A stretch of 52,965 bases of DNA, counting the filler, from Basidioascus undulatus (Eukaryota): NCBI GenBank assembly GCA_000826855.1. It is 4 parts of 4 records of this genome, joined end to end, with 100 filler letters (N's around TTAATTAATTAA, not from the genome) between each part and the next. Parts side by side here need not be neighbours in the genome. Positions count along the whole stretch, not along the records: positions 13,263 to 26,448 come from JTLS01000835.1; positions 26,549 to 39,710 come from JTLS01000836.1; 2 more parts are not named here. One strand, 5' to 3'. Below the pieces are notes generated by a model. That model was not told the DNA's origin. It saw only the letters and a list, made by a program, of their open reading frames with translations, and made no database searches. Shown here piece by piece: positions 24,716 through 36,843 of the stretch. Position numbers and translations under genes: made by a program. Numbering within the stretch: position 1 is the stretch's first letter; each line of letters begins with the position of its first letter.

Positions 24716-26448
24716 GCTGGTATGTCCTGCACTGTTGGGAGGGGAAGGGGAAAGGGACTTTAGGTAAGGACTCGATGAGCCTTTTGGATGCTGTAGGCCG
24801 GTGGTGGTAGAAGGTCATGTGCCGGGTCCGGGCGTCCACATCGTGCCTCCAGGTGGGGTGGTCGGATGCACCGCCCGCCCGCCCGCGACGACGATCGCAC
24901 ACTCTTCGCGTTTCAGGGGAAGTCCCAGCCTTTACCTAGAAAATATTCACAAATTACTTGTAGCTTAGTCCCACCATGTACCGATTAAATCGATTGTTCC
25001 CTGCAGGACGAGGTGTGCAACGCATGTATGCCGCTGTAGACGTGATGCTGAGGCCCGACTTTCACCAGAGATGTGACCTCTTGAGCACCGTTCCCGTATG
25101 GACAATCTTACACAAGTACATATATAGCTCAGAAGAGCATGTGTGAGCTTTTACACTTTATCCACGGCGTCAAGCAGGATTTCCCGCCAGTCCTGTTCGA
25201 CAGCCACATCTACCGGAGGGGCGAGTACCTGCTGCCTGCTGAGGCAGGGCATTATGTGCAACCGCTATGGAATACCCTTTTTACAGGAATTAATGCTCCA
25301 CTATTATAAATGGGCCACTTACCCTATGGGCCACTTACCGTATCCGTCACTTTAAGAGAGCTTCCCAAGCTTCTTGCCCCTTGAAAGTGCAGTCGCTCTG
25401 TTCGTTGGTCATCCACGAAGCCCTTCGCTTCAATCCTCTCCCATCAATTTTTGGTATCTCAACGCTGGATTTAGAGTGCCTGCAAACTGCTGCTCTTCCC
25501 CGCCGCTATGGAATGGTTACCCGCCGCATGCTGTAACGACCCTAGAGCATGACGCTGTCGAATATGATTCGTTTGAATGTCGGAGGATGTTTATTAGCTA
25601 ATCAAGCTCCCCAGGAATCATAGTAAAACAATGTCTGTTCAGTTGATGTTCTTTTGACCGGCTGTTCTTTGGGATCAAAGGTTCGCATGCACGCGTCTGC
25701 GCCACTAGGTCTCATTGCGTTGAACCCCGCTCGTGCACGTCTCAAGCCCGAGGCACCTTGTACTCGGTGCATGAGCGGGGAAATAAAGTTTTGTCACCTA
25801 GAAAATCAGAAAGATCTGTTTCATTTGCAAGAGGCAGAGTTATTCCCTACAACGATGGACCGCACGCCTTCATTCGGGACCGTCTGGTGTCGGGCGTTCT
25901 GGTCAGCTCAAACCCCATAAGACACCATTCCTAGCCACACGAGGCATCCAGACACTGCATGCAGTGACTGGGAAGGACAAGAAAATCATCCGGGGGAAGG
26001 AGATCGGAAAAGTCGCTCGTGGGGGTACGCGTCTGCCAGGCAGCCTCCATGCAAGAGCGCGAGAGTCAACGATGGTGGTTATAGGTAGTCTCTTCTGAAG
26101 CGGGGAAGTTTGAAAATTTCCAAGTATCACGCTCCAGTTTCAAGTTTATGGTTAGGGAGGCCCCAGGATGCGGGGAAGCCCGAGACGTCAAGAAAGAGTG
26201 TGAGAGAGAGCACCAATTCTGTCGCTGCGCGGCAGCCTTCAACAATTGCCAGCTCGCACGCACGCACACCGTCAACCTCAGCAACACCCTGCAAATCCTC
26301 ACAAGCGAACTTCCTTTCATCAGGGGACTCCTTCATCCAAGTCCCTTCACCATCGTCCTCTTCTCCCTCTCCCCTCAACCCCACCTTCTTCCTCTCGCCT
26401 CTCCCTCCCGCCTCCCCTCCTCTCCCCTCCTTCTTTCCATCCCCCCCC

Positions 26449-26548
26449 NNNNNNNNNNNNNNNNNNNNNNNNNNNNNNNNNNNNNNNNNNNNTTAATTAA
26501 TTAANNNNNNNNNNNNNNNNNNNNNNNNNNNNNNNNNNNNNNNNNNNN
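26449..26548. other. Artificial contig-joining linker
   Basis: N-TTAATTAATTAA-N. Confidence 0.97.
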
Positions 26549-26777
26549 CCCCCCAACGACTTCGGGCGGTGCAGCGAGGGGCAAGGGACGGTGGGAACTG
26601 TTTCAGGGCAAAGGGGAAGCCCAAGGTTGGGTGGGCGTGGCCATCGGCCCGGTAGTCTTCTCTCTTCGCGAGCGAGGGGCCGCGCGCTTGCCTTTCCCTT
26701 CCCGCACACGACCAACTCGCTTCCGCCCTTTGGATCTCGAGCGCTGACACTCGCCTTTTCTTCCTTTCGTGCTACAG

Positions 26778-29700
26778 GGCCCGACTGTCGAGGATGCTGC
26801 GCCGGTGGACCCCGACGCTGAGGATAATGCGAGCGCTGCCGCCGCGGCCAAGGAGGCGCAGCTCTCCCTGCTTTCGCAGTTCCTCTCGTGCGTCCCATTC
26901 CCGTTGATCCCCACCAGCTCGGTACTGACGCCCGCGCTCCATCCCGCAGCTTCACCGCCGCGCAGACGACCGACGCCGAGTCGGCGCAGGTCCTCCTCGC
27001 GGCGTTCACGCACTTCACGCGCGTGCACCTGTCTTCGACGGACGTGCACTCGCTCTCGGCCTCCCTCGACGCCGACGCGCGCCGCGCTGTCCTGTCCGCG
27101 TTCCACTCCGCGCGCGCCGCGCTCGAGGCCCAGGGCGTCGCCCCGCCCACGCAGCCCGAGCCGGCGCTCCTCGCCGCCGCGTCCAAGGGCGAGGCGGAGG
27201 TGTACGCGCTCTTCGGCGGGCAGGGCACGAACGAGGTGTACTTCGATGAGCTCCAGAGCCTGTACGACGCGTACAAGCCGTACGTCGCCGACTTCCTCCG
27301 CAAGGCGACGCACAACGTCCTCGTCCCCCTTGCGGCGAAGGCGACCGAGGACGGCTTCACCTATTACGCCGAGGGGCTCGACGTCCTCGCGTGGCTGAAC
27401 GGCGAGCGCCCGCCGGTCCCCTACCTCGCCTCCATCCCGCTCTCCCTCCCCCTCATCGGCCTCACCCAGCTCGTGCAGTACCTCGCCTTCTCTCGCGCGG
27501 CCGGCCTGAACCCGGGCGAGCTCCGCGCGCGCCTCGCGGGCGCGACCGGCCACTCCCAGGGCGTCGTCTCCGCCGTCGTCGCGTCCGCGTCCGCGTCCGC
27601 CGAGAGCTTCACGGCGAACGCGCTCAAGGGTCTCAAGCTCCTCTTCTACCTCGGTCTGCGCGGGCAGGAGGCGTTCCCGACGCTCGCGATCGAGCCGGCC
27701 ATCGTCGCGGACGCGGTCGAAGGCGGCGAGGGCACGCCCTCGCCCATGCTTTCCGTGACCGGCCTCCCTCTCAAGGCGCTCGAGAAGCACCTCGACGGCA
27801 CGAACGCGCACCTCCCCGACGGCCACAAGCTCGCGGTCTCTCTCTTCAACGGCCCCCGCTCCTTCGTCGTCACCGGCCCGCCCCGCGCGCTCTTTGGCCT
27901 CGTCACGAGCCTACGCAAGGTCCGCGCGCCCACGGGGCTCGACCAGTCCAAGACGCCGTTCAGCAAGCGCAAGGCCGCGTTCAACATGCGCTTCCTCGTC
28001 GTCGGCGTGCCGTACCACTCGCGCTACCTCGAGAGCGCAACGCAGAAGCTGGTCGAGACCGACCTCAAGGGCGAGGAGCTGTTTGAGGCGAAGGACCTCA
28101 GCATCGCGGTGTACAACACCGAGGACGGTGCGTCTTCCGTCCCTCGCCTCCCCTCCTTCCTCCGTCGCTCGTACAAGTCCTGACTCCTCCCCCACCCCTC
28201 GCGCAGGCTCCGATCTCCGCCAGCTCTCCACCTCCCTCACCTCCTCCCTCGCATCGCAGATCTTCACGCAGCCGATCCACTGGACCACCGCGACGGCGTT
28301 CCCCGACTCCGCGACGCACGCGATCGACTTCGGCCCCGGCGGCCTGTCGGGGATCGGCCCGCTCACCGCGCGCAATTGGGAGGGCCGCGGCATCCGCGTC
28401 CTCATCCCCGGCGCCGCGGGCAAGACCGGCGCCGAGGTCTACTCCGGAACCGTCCGCCGCGAGGACAAGTGGGCGGAGAAGTGGGTGCCGGGCCTGGTTA
28501 AGACCAAGTGAGTCGATCCTTCCTTCTTTCATCGGGGAGCGCGTGCGTTGGGCGGGAGAGTTGGTTTGCGGACGTGTCTGACTGGATTGCGTCGGGGAAC
28601 AGGGACGGCAAGATCCACATCGACACCCCCTTCTCGCGCATGCTTGGCAAGCCGCCGATCATGGTTGCGGGCATGACGCCGTCGACCGTGCGCGCGGGCT
28701 TCGTCTCGGCCGTCCTCAACGCCGGGTTCCACATCGAGCTCGCGGGCGGGGCGCACTACAACGCCGCTGCGCTGCGCGCGAAGGTCGCGGAGATCCAGGC
28801 GGCGGTGAAGCCGGGCGACGGAATCACGCTCAACGCGCTGTACATCAACCAGCGCCAGTTCACGTTCCAGTTCCCGCTCTGGCAGGAGCTCCGGCGCGAG
28901 GGCCTCCCCATCGAGGGCTTTTGCGTTGCCGCCGGCATCCCCTCGTCCGAGAAGGCCACCGAGATCATCTCGGCGCTCGAGGCGGCAGGGATCAAGCACG
29001 TCGCGTTCAAGCCCGGCTCCGTCGAGGGCATCCGCCAGGTCGTCAACATCGCTGCGGCCAATCCCGGCTTCCCGATCATCCTCCAGTGGACGGGCGGCCG
29101 CGCGGGCGGGCACCACTCGTGCGAGGACTTCCACCAGCCCATCCTCTCGACCTATGCGTCCATCCGCGCGCACCCCAACATCTCCCTTGTCGCCGGCTCC
29201 GGCTTCGGCGGGACCGACGACGTCTGGCCGTACCTCACCGGCGACTGGAGCGTGGAGCAGTTCGGCCTCCAGCCGATGCCCTTCGACGGCGTCCTCTTCG
29301 CCTCCCGCGTCATGGTCGCCAAGGAGGCGCACACGAGCGAGGCAGTCAAGCAGCTCATCGTCGCTGCGTCGGGCGTCGACGACGCCAAGTGGGAGGGCAC
29401 GTATGACCGCGAGACCGGCGGCATCCTCACGGTCCGGAGCGAGCTCGGAGAGCCCATCCACAAGATCGCTACCCGCGGTGTCAAGCTCTGGCGCGAGTTC
29501 GACGACACCGTCTTCGCCCTCCCGCGCGAGAAGCGCGCTGCTTGGCTGGAGGGGAAGAAGGACTACGTGATCAAGCGCCTGAACGCGGACTTCCAGAAGG
29601 TGCGCATTCCCCCCTTTCACACTACTGTCTTCTCTAATATTGTCCTGACTTCTCTCTATTTTCGCTCTTCCCCCGCAGCCCTGGTTCGGCGAGAAGGCGG

Positions 29701-31929
29701 ACGGCACGGTCGTCTCCGACATCGGCGACATGACGTACGAGGAGGTCGCGCGCCGCATGGTGCGACTGATGTACGTCTCCGCGCAGTCGCGCTGGGTCGA
29801 CCGGTCCCTCCGGAATCTCGTCGGCGACTGGCTTCGCCGCGTCGAAGAGCGCTTCTCGTCCGTCAACGGCGCGCGCGAGACCAAGTACTCGATCCTCCAG
29901 TCCTATAGCGAGCTCGACACGCCCGCGCCGTTCCTCGAAGCGTTCTTCGAGACGTACACGGACGCGCGCGCCCAGCTCCTCGCGTCCGAGGACAAGGCGT
30001 TCTTCCTCAACATCGCCCAGCGCCCCGCGCAGAAGCCCGTCCCCTTCATCCCCGTCCTCGACGCCAGCTTCGAGGTCTGGTTCAAGAAGGACTCGCTCTG
30101 GCAGGCTGAGGACATCGACGCCGTCTTCGACCAGGGTGCGTTCTCTTTCTTTGCTCCGCTCCGTTTCCTTTCTCTGCGCGCGCGGCTCGGGACTGAATTC
30201 GTCTGCCTGCGCCCCGCAAACAGACCCCCAGCGCGTGTGTATCCTCCAGGGCCCCGTCGCCGTCAAGCACTCCAAGGTCGCCAACGAGCCGGTCGGCGAG
30301 ATGCTCGGCAACATCGAGTCGAAGCTCGTCGAGAAGCTCCTCGAGCGTTACTACGGCGGCGATGAGTCGAAGGTGCTTTCCTCTCTTTTCTCTTTGTTCT
30401 CTTCCCGACAGCCCAGCTGACGTCTTCCTCTTGCGCTCTTGCAGATCCCGACCATCGACTACCTCGGCTCCAAGCCCGCCGCGCCCGAGGCGGACCTCCT
30501 CGAGCGCTACGGCGTGATCTCGACGCTCGAGGCGGGCAAGACGACCTACACGCTCGGCTCGTCCCTCCCGTCCGTCTCCGCGTGGCTCGAGACGCTCGCC
30601 GGCCCCAAGGTCGACTGGCTTCGCGCGCTGCTGACCTCGCCGATCGTCGTTCGCGGCAAGGGCTACGTGTCCAACCCGCTCAAGGCCCTCCTCGCCCCGC
30701 GCAAGAGCCAGCGCGTCGTCGTCGCCGCCTCCGAGTCCGGCGAGCCCACCGTCATCACCGTCTACGGCGCCATCCGCTCCGCCAACGCTACCTCCCCCGA
30801 GTTCAAGGCCGTCGAGGCTACGTTTGACGCCGTTACCAGCCGCATCGAGCTTGTCATCTTCGAGGAGCGCCGCAGCGAGGCAGTCCCGCTCCGCTTCTCG
30901 TTCACGTACAAGCCGGAGATGGGCTACGCGCCGATCCACGAGCAGGTTGAGGGTCGCAACAATGCGATCAAGGACTTCTGTGCGCTTCCTTTCTCCATTC
31001 ACAATTCTTATCTCAGCACGATCGTCTTACCTTACGCTCTTCGACAGACTGGCGTCTGTGGGAGCTCGGCGCCGGCGGTCCCGCGGACCTCAAGATCCGC
31101 GACACCTTCACCGGCCCGGAGGTCACGATCCAGGCCGCAGACGTCGAGCGCTTCTGCGCCGTCGTCGGCAACGACGGCGAGGCGTTCAAGACTGCCCGCG
31201 CCGCTGGCGACAAGGTCCAGGCGCCCATGGACTTCGCCATCGTCACTGGCTGGCAGGTGCGTTTGTTTTCCCATGGACTGCTCTTCTCCGCTGGTGCTGA
31301 TGCGAGGTGCGGGTCTCCAGGCCATCATGAAGGCCATCTTCCCTTCGCAGATCGACGGCGACATCCTCAAGCTCGTCCACCTGTCCAACGGGTGCTTGGA
31401 GCTTGTGTCATGTGGTTTTGAGAGACGCAGTCCTGACTGTTCTTCCCCTCCTCAGCTTCAAACTCGTTGACGGTGCGCGCCCGCTCGCCGTCGGCGACGT
31501 CTGCTCTGCCGAGGCCAAGATCGTCTCCGTTACTAACAATGACAGCGGCAAGGTGCGTTTCTGCTTTCCCTCATTCATTCTGCGTTCGAAACGGCGCTGA
31601 CGTTTCCTTGCCCTCCACAGACTGTCAAGGTCCTCGGCCACGTCGTGCGCGCGGGCGAGCCCGTCATCGAGGTCACGTCCGCGTTCCTCTTCCGCGGCGC
31701 GTACACCGACTACGAGAACACGTTCGAGATCATCGACGAGGACGAATACATCGTCACACCATCGTCGCCGGCGGAGATCGCCGTCCTCCAGAGCAAGGAG
31801 TGGTTCCACTGGGACGACGACAGCAAGCCGCTCGAGGTCGGCACGCAGCTCGTCTTCAAGGTCCAGTCGGAGCTCCACTACAAGGACAAGACGACGTTCT
31901 CGTCCATCAGCGTCCTCGGCTCCGCCTAT
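26778..31929 (+). CDS. FAS1: Fungal type I fatty acid synthase, AT-ER-start of DH region; 5' end lost at the gap, 3' end truncated
   Basis: AT: YALFGGQG, GATGHSQG, SLFNGP, VPYHS, DFGPGG. ER: PIMVAGMTPSTV, FKPGS, QWTGGRAGGHHS, SELGEPIHKIATRG, FKKDSLWQAED, CILQGPVA. DH: APMDFAIVTGW, LVHLSNG. Homology stops abruptly after SVLGSAY. Confidence 0.93.
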
Positions 31930-32950
31930 CCGCCACCCGCTCTTCGCCCTCGTCCTCCACCACGCTCGCCCCAGACCTCGCGAGCCTACGGAAAGCCTTT
32001 ACGGACGTAGCGGATCAGCTGCCGGGCTATGATCGGCGGCTGTACGAGACGGTACGCCTCTTGCATCGGTCATGTTCATCGCCAAGCTGAGTGCGGGGGT
32101 GTTGCACGACACAGCAACTGAAGGAGCTCGAGGCGGAACTGGCTGTGCTCAACGCGGAAAGTAGACCCAAGACCAAGTTCGCATTCAAGAAGCGTGCCGC
32201 CGCTCCATCGTCTTCCCCTGCCCCTACCAACATTACACCCTCCCCATCACGCGCAACCGCCCCAGCACCAGCACCCTCCTCGCACCTCTCCCTCTCCTCC
32301 CAATCGTCCGCCTACCTCACCCTCCCGCCCAACGCAGCCCCGTCCGACCTCACCCTCTCCTGCCTCACGTCCTGCATTGTAAACCTCACGAACCTCCAGC
32401 TGTCCGCTCTGCATGCGAAGGACCTCACGCGCTGCGTCGTGCTTGCACCGCTTGTGGGGGGGAGCGTGATGCTCCATGGTCTGAGGGAGTGCGTGGTGCT
32501 TGTGGGCTGCCACCAGGTGCGTCTGCTCAAGAGGTGGTGTGAGAGGGGTGAATGAGAGGTACTGAGAACGAGGGAGGGGTATCCAGTTCCGCATGCACTC
32601 GAGCTCGCGCACCCAGGTCCACCTCTTCGTCTCCTCCCACCCCATAATCGAGCACTCCACATCTATCCGCTTCTCCCCGTACCCGCTCGCACACCCACTC
32701 TCCTTCAACCCCTCCGTACGTCTTCCCACCTACCTCCTACCTTCGGTCGTCGCTCACACCCCGTCCTTACCCGCAGTCGAGCCTGCACACGGAGGTACAA
32801 GACTTTGACTGGCTCCGGCCGGAGCCGTCGCCGAACTGGCGAGCCGTGCCCGGGGGGCAGCGCGATTGGGGGCCGCTGCTGGCGCGGGAGGAGGGGGAGG
32901 GGGAGGGATGGAAGGAGAGGATGGAGGAGGTGTTGCGGAAGGAGCTATGA
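31923..32950 (+). CDS. Tubulin-binding cofactor C (TBCC/Cin2-like), lacking its 5' end
   Basis: LPGYDRRLYET|QLKELE..PKTKFAFK; GSVMLHGLRECVVLVGCHQ|FRMH; SHPIIEHSTSIRFSPY; VQDFDWLRPEPSPNW. The first helix and own start codon are missing; FAS coding sequence lies directly upstream. Confidence 0.85.
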
Positions 32951-33539
32951 GTTGTCGGTCGGCGCATCGGCCATCTTCAACCTGACAAGCCTGCTCTTCG
33001 GATGAGGTGTGAGGTGTGAGGTGTGGTCGCAAGAGTGATGGGTGAATGGAGTACTTGCGTCGCCGGATCGCAAGCATGCGACTGGCAACTGTGTTGATGT
33101 CGTCTTCGCTACTTCCTATTGATACATATGATGGCCATTGCAGCTAGTGTACCTTTGGGCATTGTTCTTACACCAAGACATATATTCCGTTAGAGTATGC
33201 GGAGACACAACTGACATTGCCAGAGTCCAGCTTAAACTGGCTTTGACCATCCAGATCTGCACCTAACACAAAGAAACAACGTCTTCCCCTTTCAAAATAT
33301 TTTCTGATTAACCATAGCTAGTATGGAACTCGATCCTTAGCTCTCCAAATGGGCCTTACGACTCTGGCTAATAAAACCAGTCAGGCAGCAGCTCGAAGAC
33401 CATGCGGCTGTCCAAGTCCTTTCGTGTTGTGCTCATGCATAATTCACAATACTTCAATCCTCTCTGGTTTGCAGAAAGAAAGCAGCCTCAATCGCCAGTC
33501 GGGCCACGGTGTTCCTCCCTCGCCCCCGATACCCCGGCC

Positions 33540-35070
33540 CTAGCAGCTAGCTGTGACGGACGGGATATGAGGGTTTGGAAGCTCTTGCATGTCGCACTCA
33601 AGCCCCAGACGCGTCGGACGAAGTTTGGCTGGCTTAAATATTTGGTGTCTCACTACCAGAAGATGTACTGGGGGTGTCCCCTCGAGGTAGTGAGGGGTGG
33701 AGACTGGCGATGACGAGGACTCGCAATAGAGGGCGCGCTGAGGTCTTTGGCCCATTGATCTGGGAAGGGCACACCGAGACCCACAAAGAAAACTTTCTAG
33801 AGCCGGAATTGCCGCGATGGAAGCCGAAGGGATTGGGGAAGTTGATCCAGCGGGCCGATGCGGCGCTGCGTGTACAGGGGATGAACGTCAACGTTGTTTG
33901 CCTATTTCCAGCTGAAGCAGAAGCAAGGTGGGAGGACGCAGTAAGCCTGGCGGCTCTATCGGTCTTACTTGTTCTAATGGGAGATTTTTTCGCTGGCCCT
34001 CGCAGCGCCCCGTCCGCTGAAGTACAGGTCGCTGGCGAAGCCACAGCCACAATGTACCGGTGGCCTTTCCTTTGTCATTCCTGCTGTTGCGTCAAAGGTA
34101 GACTGAACCTAGAGCCTTTGAGTAACTTCGGGGGGGAGCAAGCAGCGGAGACGTTCCGCTGAGGAAAGCTCAAGTGGTTGTGAAAATGTGCGAACATCGC
34201 TTCCAGGCTGTGTAAGTGCGGTCGGACAAAGGCATGCCACACGCGCGACAAGCCACTCGTAGCCAAACGTAGAGAATAAATCTCGAGGCAGCTGTACTTC
34301 CACTCATGCTTCTCCAGTACGCACAGCCGTCCGAAGACCAACAGGTGCTCCGTGACTCCGCGCGCGAGAAAAGCTACGTTCCAAGTGGACCCGCTGAGTC
34401 TCGATCCAGATACCTCTGGAAGAAACAAAGAGCCTCAGAATTTTGGTGGGTAGAACAGCTCGAGCAGCTCAACACTCACAGGTCTTTTCCTGGCCTTCCT
34501 CCGCCGCCGCTCACACGCCGACCCCTGGCGGTGATGGACGGGGAACGAACGCCCGGGAAGCCCCACCCCGACGCACCGGAGTCGCTGGAGGAATCGGGGA
34601 GTTGTTTCTGGGCGGGGGAGGGGTATAATGGGTCTGAACTCGTCGTACATGCATGCGTCGCGAGGTCGAAGGAATCTCGGGAGGAGGCTGTGGACGACAG
34701 AGACCCGGTAGACGCGCCTAGGTCGTTGACTTCGTTGAGGTAGGAAGGCCCCGAGGAGGCGCGGGAGGAGGAGTGGGAAGAGACACTGTTGCGCCGACCG
34801 AAGGGGAAGAGGTTGGGAGGCTGCTGAGGCGGGACGGTGCGGTGGCGCGTGTGGGGGGGACGAAGATGTCGGACGTCGACGCTGCTTGCACACCTCCGGC
34901 TGAGAAGGTATCAGCCGGAGCAGGATAAGGTGGCGCGGTGAACTTGGCAGCTTCGTCGTTCCTCTTTGGTCCCCGGTAGGAGATGATGCGTCCGGCGGCC
35001 CTCGCAGCGCCTGCGCCGCCCGACTGAACGCGACGATGGCGATTGCGATGGTGATGAGGTGCCCATACGA
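33540..35070 (-). pseudogene. Possible degenerate F-box-like or unknown gene
   Basis: Ser-rich coding-like frame (SSSRASSGPSYLNEVNDLGASTGS), then LPE/IWIE..LATSGLSRVWHAFVRPHL, which is weakly F-box-like. Broken by stops and frameshifts; limits are uncertain. Confidence 0.3.
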
Positions 35071-35914
35071 CAGAGAGAGAGAGAGTGCCGGTAGCGCGGC
35101 CTTCACAGGAAGGAGTAAATTCGAGGGGGGTTTATGGGAAAGCTGAACTGGATCGGGATGGGCCAGAAGGCCAAGAGCGCACGCAGGTACGGAGCATCTG
35201 GAAACGGCAGAGCCGCAGTGCGATGTCAACGCATGTACAACCCAAGGCAAGCGTACAGTCCGGACTGAACTTACAGCTGGGGGATAGAAGGGACGGCGGG
35301 AGAGGGGGTAGGGGAAATGGTCGAGAGTTGGTGGTCAAGGTCGAAGAGGTGCCCCGGAACACTCAACTTCGGAAGGGCGGATGAGCCCCCTGCGACGCTC
35401 CTGGCGTCTGTCTCGGAGGTTTCGCGAGTCCCAGGTTCGTATGAATGCTAAGTTACACATCATCTGAACGCCCTGAATAGAACACATCAGTCTTTTTCTT
35501 CACACTGCCTTTTCGAAGCGTGCGGCTGCTTGCAACCTTCCAGGCCTTCCCCGGAGCAGGCAAAGACGCTACGCTACGACTCTGCAGAGTCTCTGCAGTT
35601 GTAACCGGGCTACATCGACCTGAAAACGGGAAATAGCGCTCAAGATTCGCAAATGCTCATTCTCTGTCATTGTGTCGACGTATTAAAGGAGCATGAGGAT
35701 TGTGCAACGCCTCCAAATGGACACGCGTTCTCCTTCCAGAAAACACTTTACGCGTCGCCCTCCACACCAAGAACGGGTGCCACAGGCAACTGCAGCCGGC
35801 CGGCCCCCGAGCCGCCGCACAACGTCAGCGCTCGGCAGCAACTCTCACATAAACACCCGCTCGTCTCCTCCGTTTTCCACTTTCCTACTTCCACCACCAC
35901 AAAGATAGTAAAAG

Positions 35915-36843
35915 ATGGCGACCAACATCCTCTCTGCCGGCCTCTCCCCCGACTACGGCCTCGTCGCCCTCGCCGCGAGCTCCACGTTCTTCCTCAAGTG
36001 CGTACTGCTGCTTGTGTCACTCACTGTCTTATGCTCCGGTCCTACCTCCCTCCCTTTCTCCTTCGGCCTCCGCACGGGAGTGACTGACCTGAGAGGAATG
36101 GTGGTGTGAGATAGCCTGTACCAGACCATCCTTGTTGCGAAGGCGCGCAAGGCAGCCAAGATCGAGTACCCGCAGCTGTACGCCGAGCGCGCCGAGGCAG
36201 CGGCCAACAAGGACGCCTACAAGTTCAACTGCGCGCAGGTCCGCCCCCTTTCCCCTACCTTTTTCACCCCCTCCCCACCTTTCCTTCGACCTCCTCTTGG
36301 TGCTGATGCGGGTGGGGGCAACAGCGCGCACACCAGAACACGCTCGAGGTACAGCCGAGCGTGCTGTTCGGGTGCGTTGGGCAGGGTGGACGGGTGGGGA
36401 AAGGATGCTGAGCAGAGGACGGGACGGGGGGAACAGCCTCATGTTTGGTGGGCTCCGCTACCCTAAGCTTGCGGCGTCGCTCGGGTTCACCTGGCTCGTG
36501 GGGCGGTTCGTCTGTGCGTCTTCCTTTCCCCCTTCCCCTCCCCTTCCTTCCTGCGTCTTCCATTTCCACCCTTCAATACTGATTTACTTCGACTGTGGTA
36601 TCGCTAACGCACGGGCGGCACGGCGCTGTCACGCAACAGATACCTACTTCTACGCCTCCGGCGAGCCGAAGAAGCGCAACTACGGCGGCTTCCACGCGCT
36701 CGCGTTCCTCGGTAAGCTGGCCCCCGAAACGAGACGACCTTGAAACACCAAGAGAAGGTTGCTGATGACTTGCGTGAATTGGGACAGGTATCATGGGCAC
36801 GTCCATCTACTCCGCGTGGGAGCTCTACATGGGGCGGTGGTGA
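35915..36843 (+). CDS. MAPEG family protein (microsomal glutathione S-transferase 3-like), multi-exon
   Basis: DYGLV..VAKARKAAKIEYPQLYA..AYKFNCAQ|RAHQNTLE..GGLRYP..WLVGR..YASGEPKKR. Confidence 0.92.

Noticed and set aside
26330..26630. FAS N-terminal exons flanking the second gap
   Set aside because: Low-complexity, probably low-quality contig ends with no reliable frame.
26603..31002. Long minus-strand ORFs (407, 451 and 306 aa)
   Set aside because: Antisense shadows of the high-GC3 FAS coding sequence.
26778..36843. Secondary-metabolite cluster around FAS and MAPEG
   Set aside because: The FAS looks like the primary-metabolism enzyme, and no PKS, NRPS, tailoring or transporter genes are adjacent.
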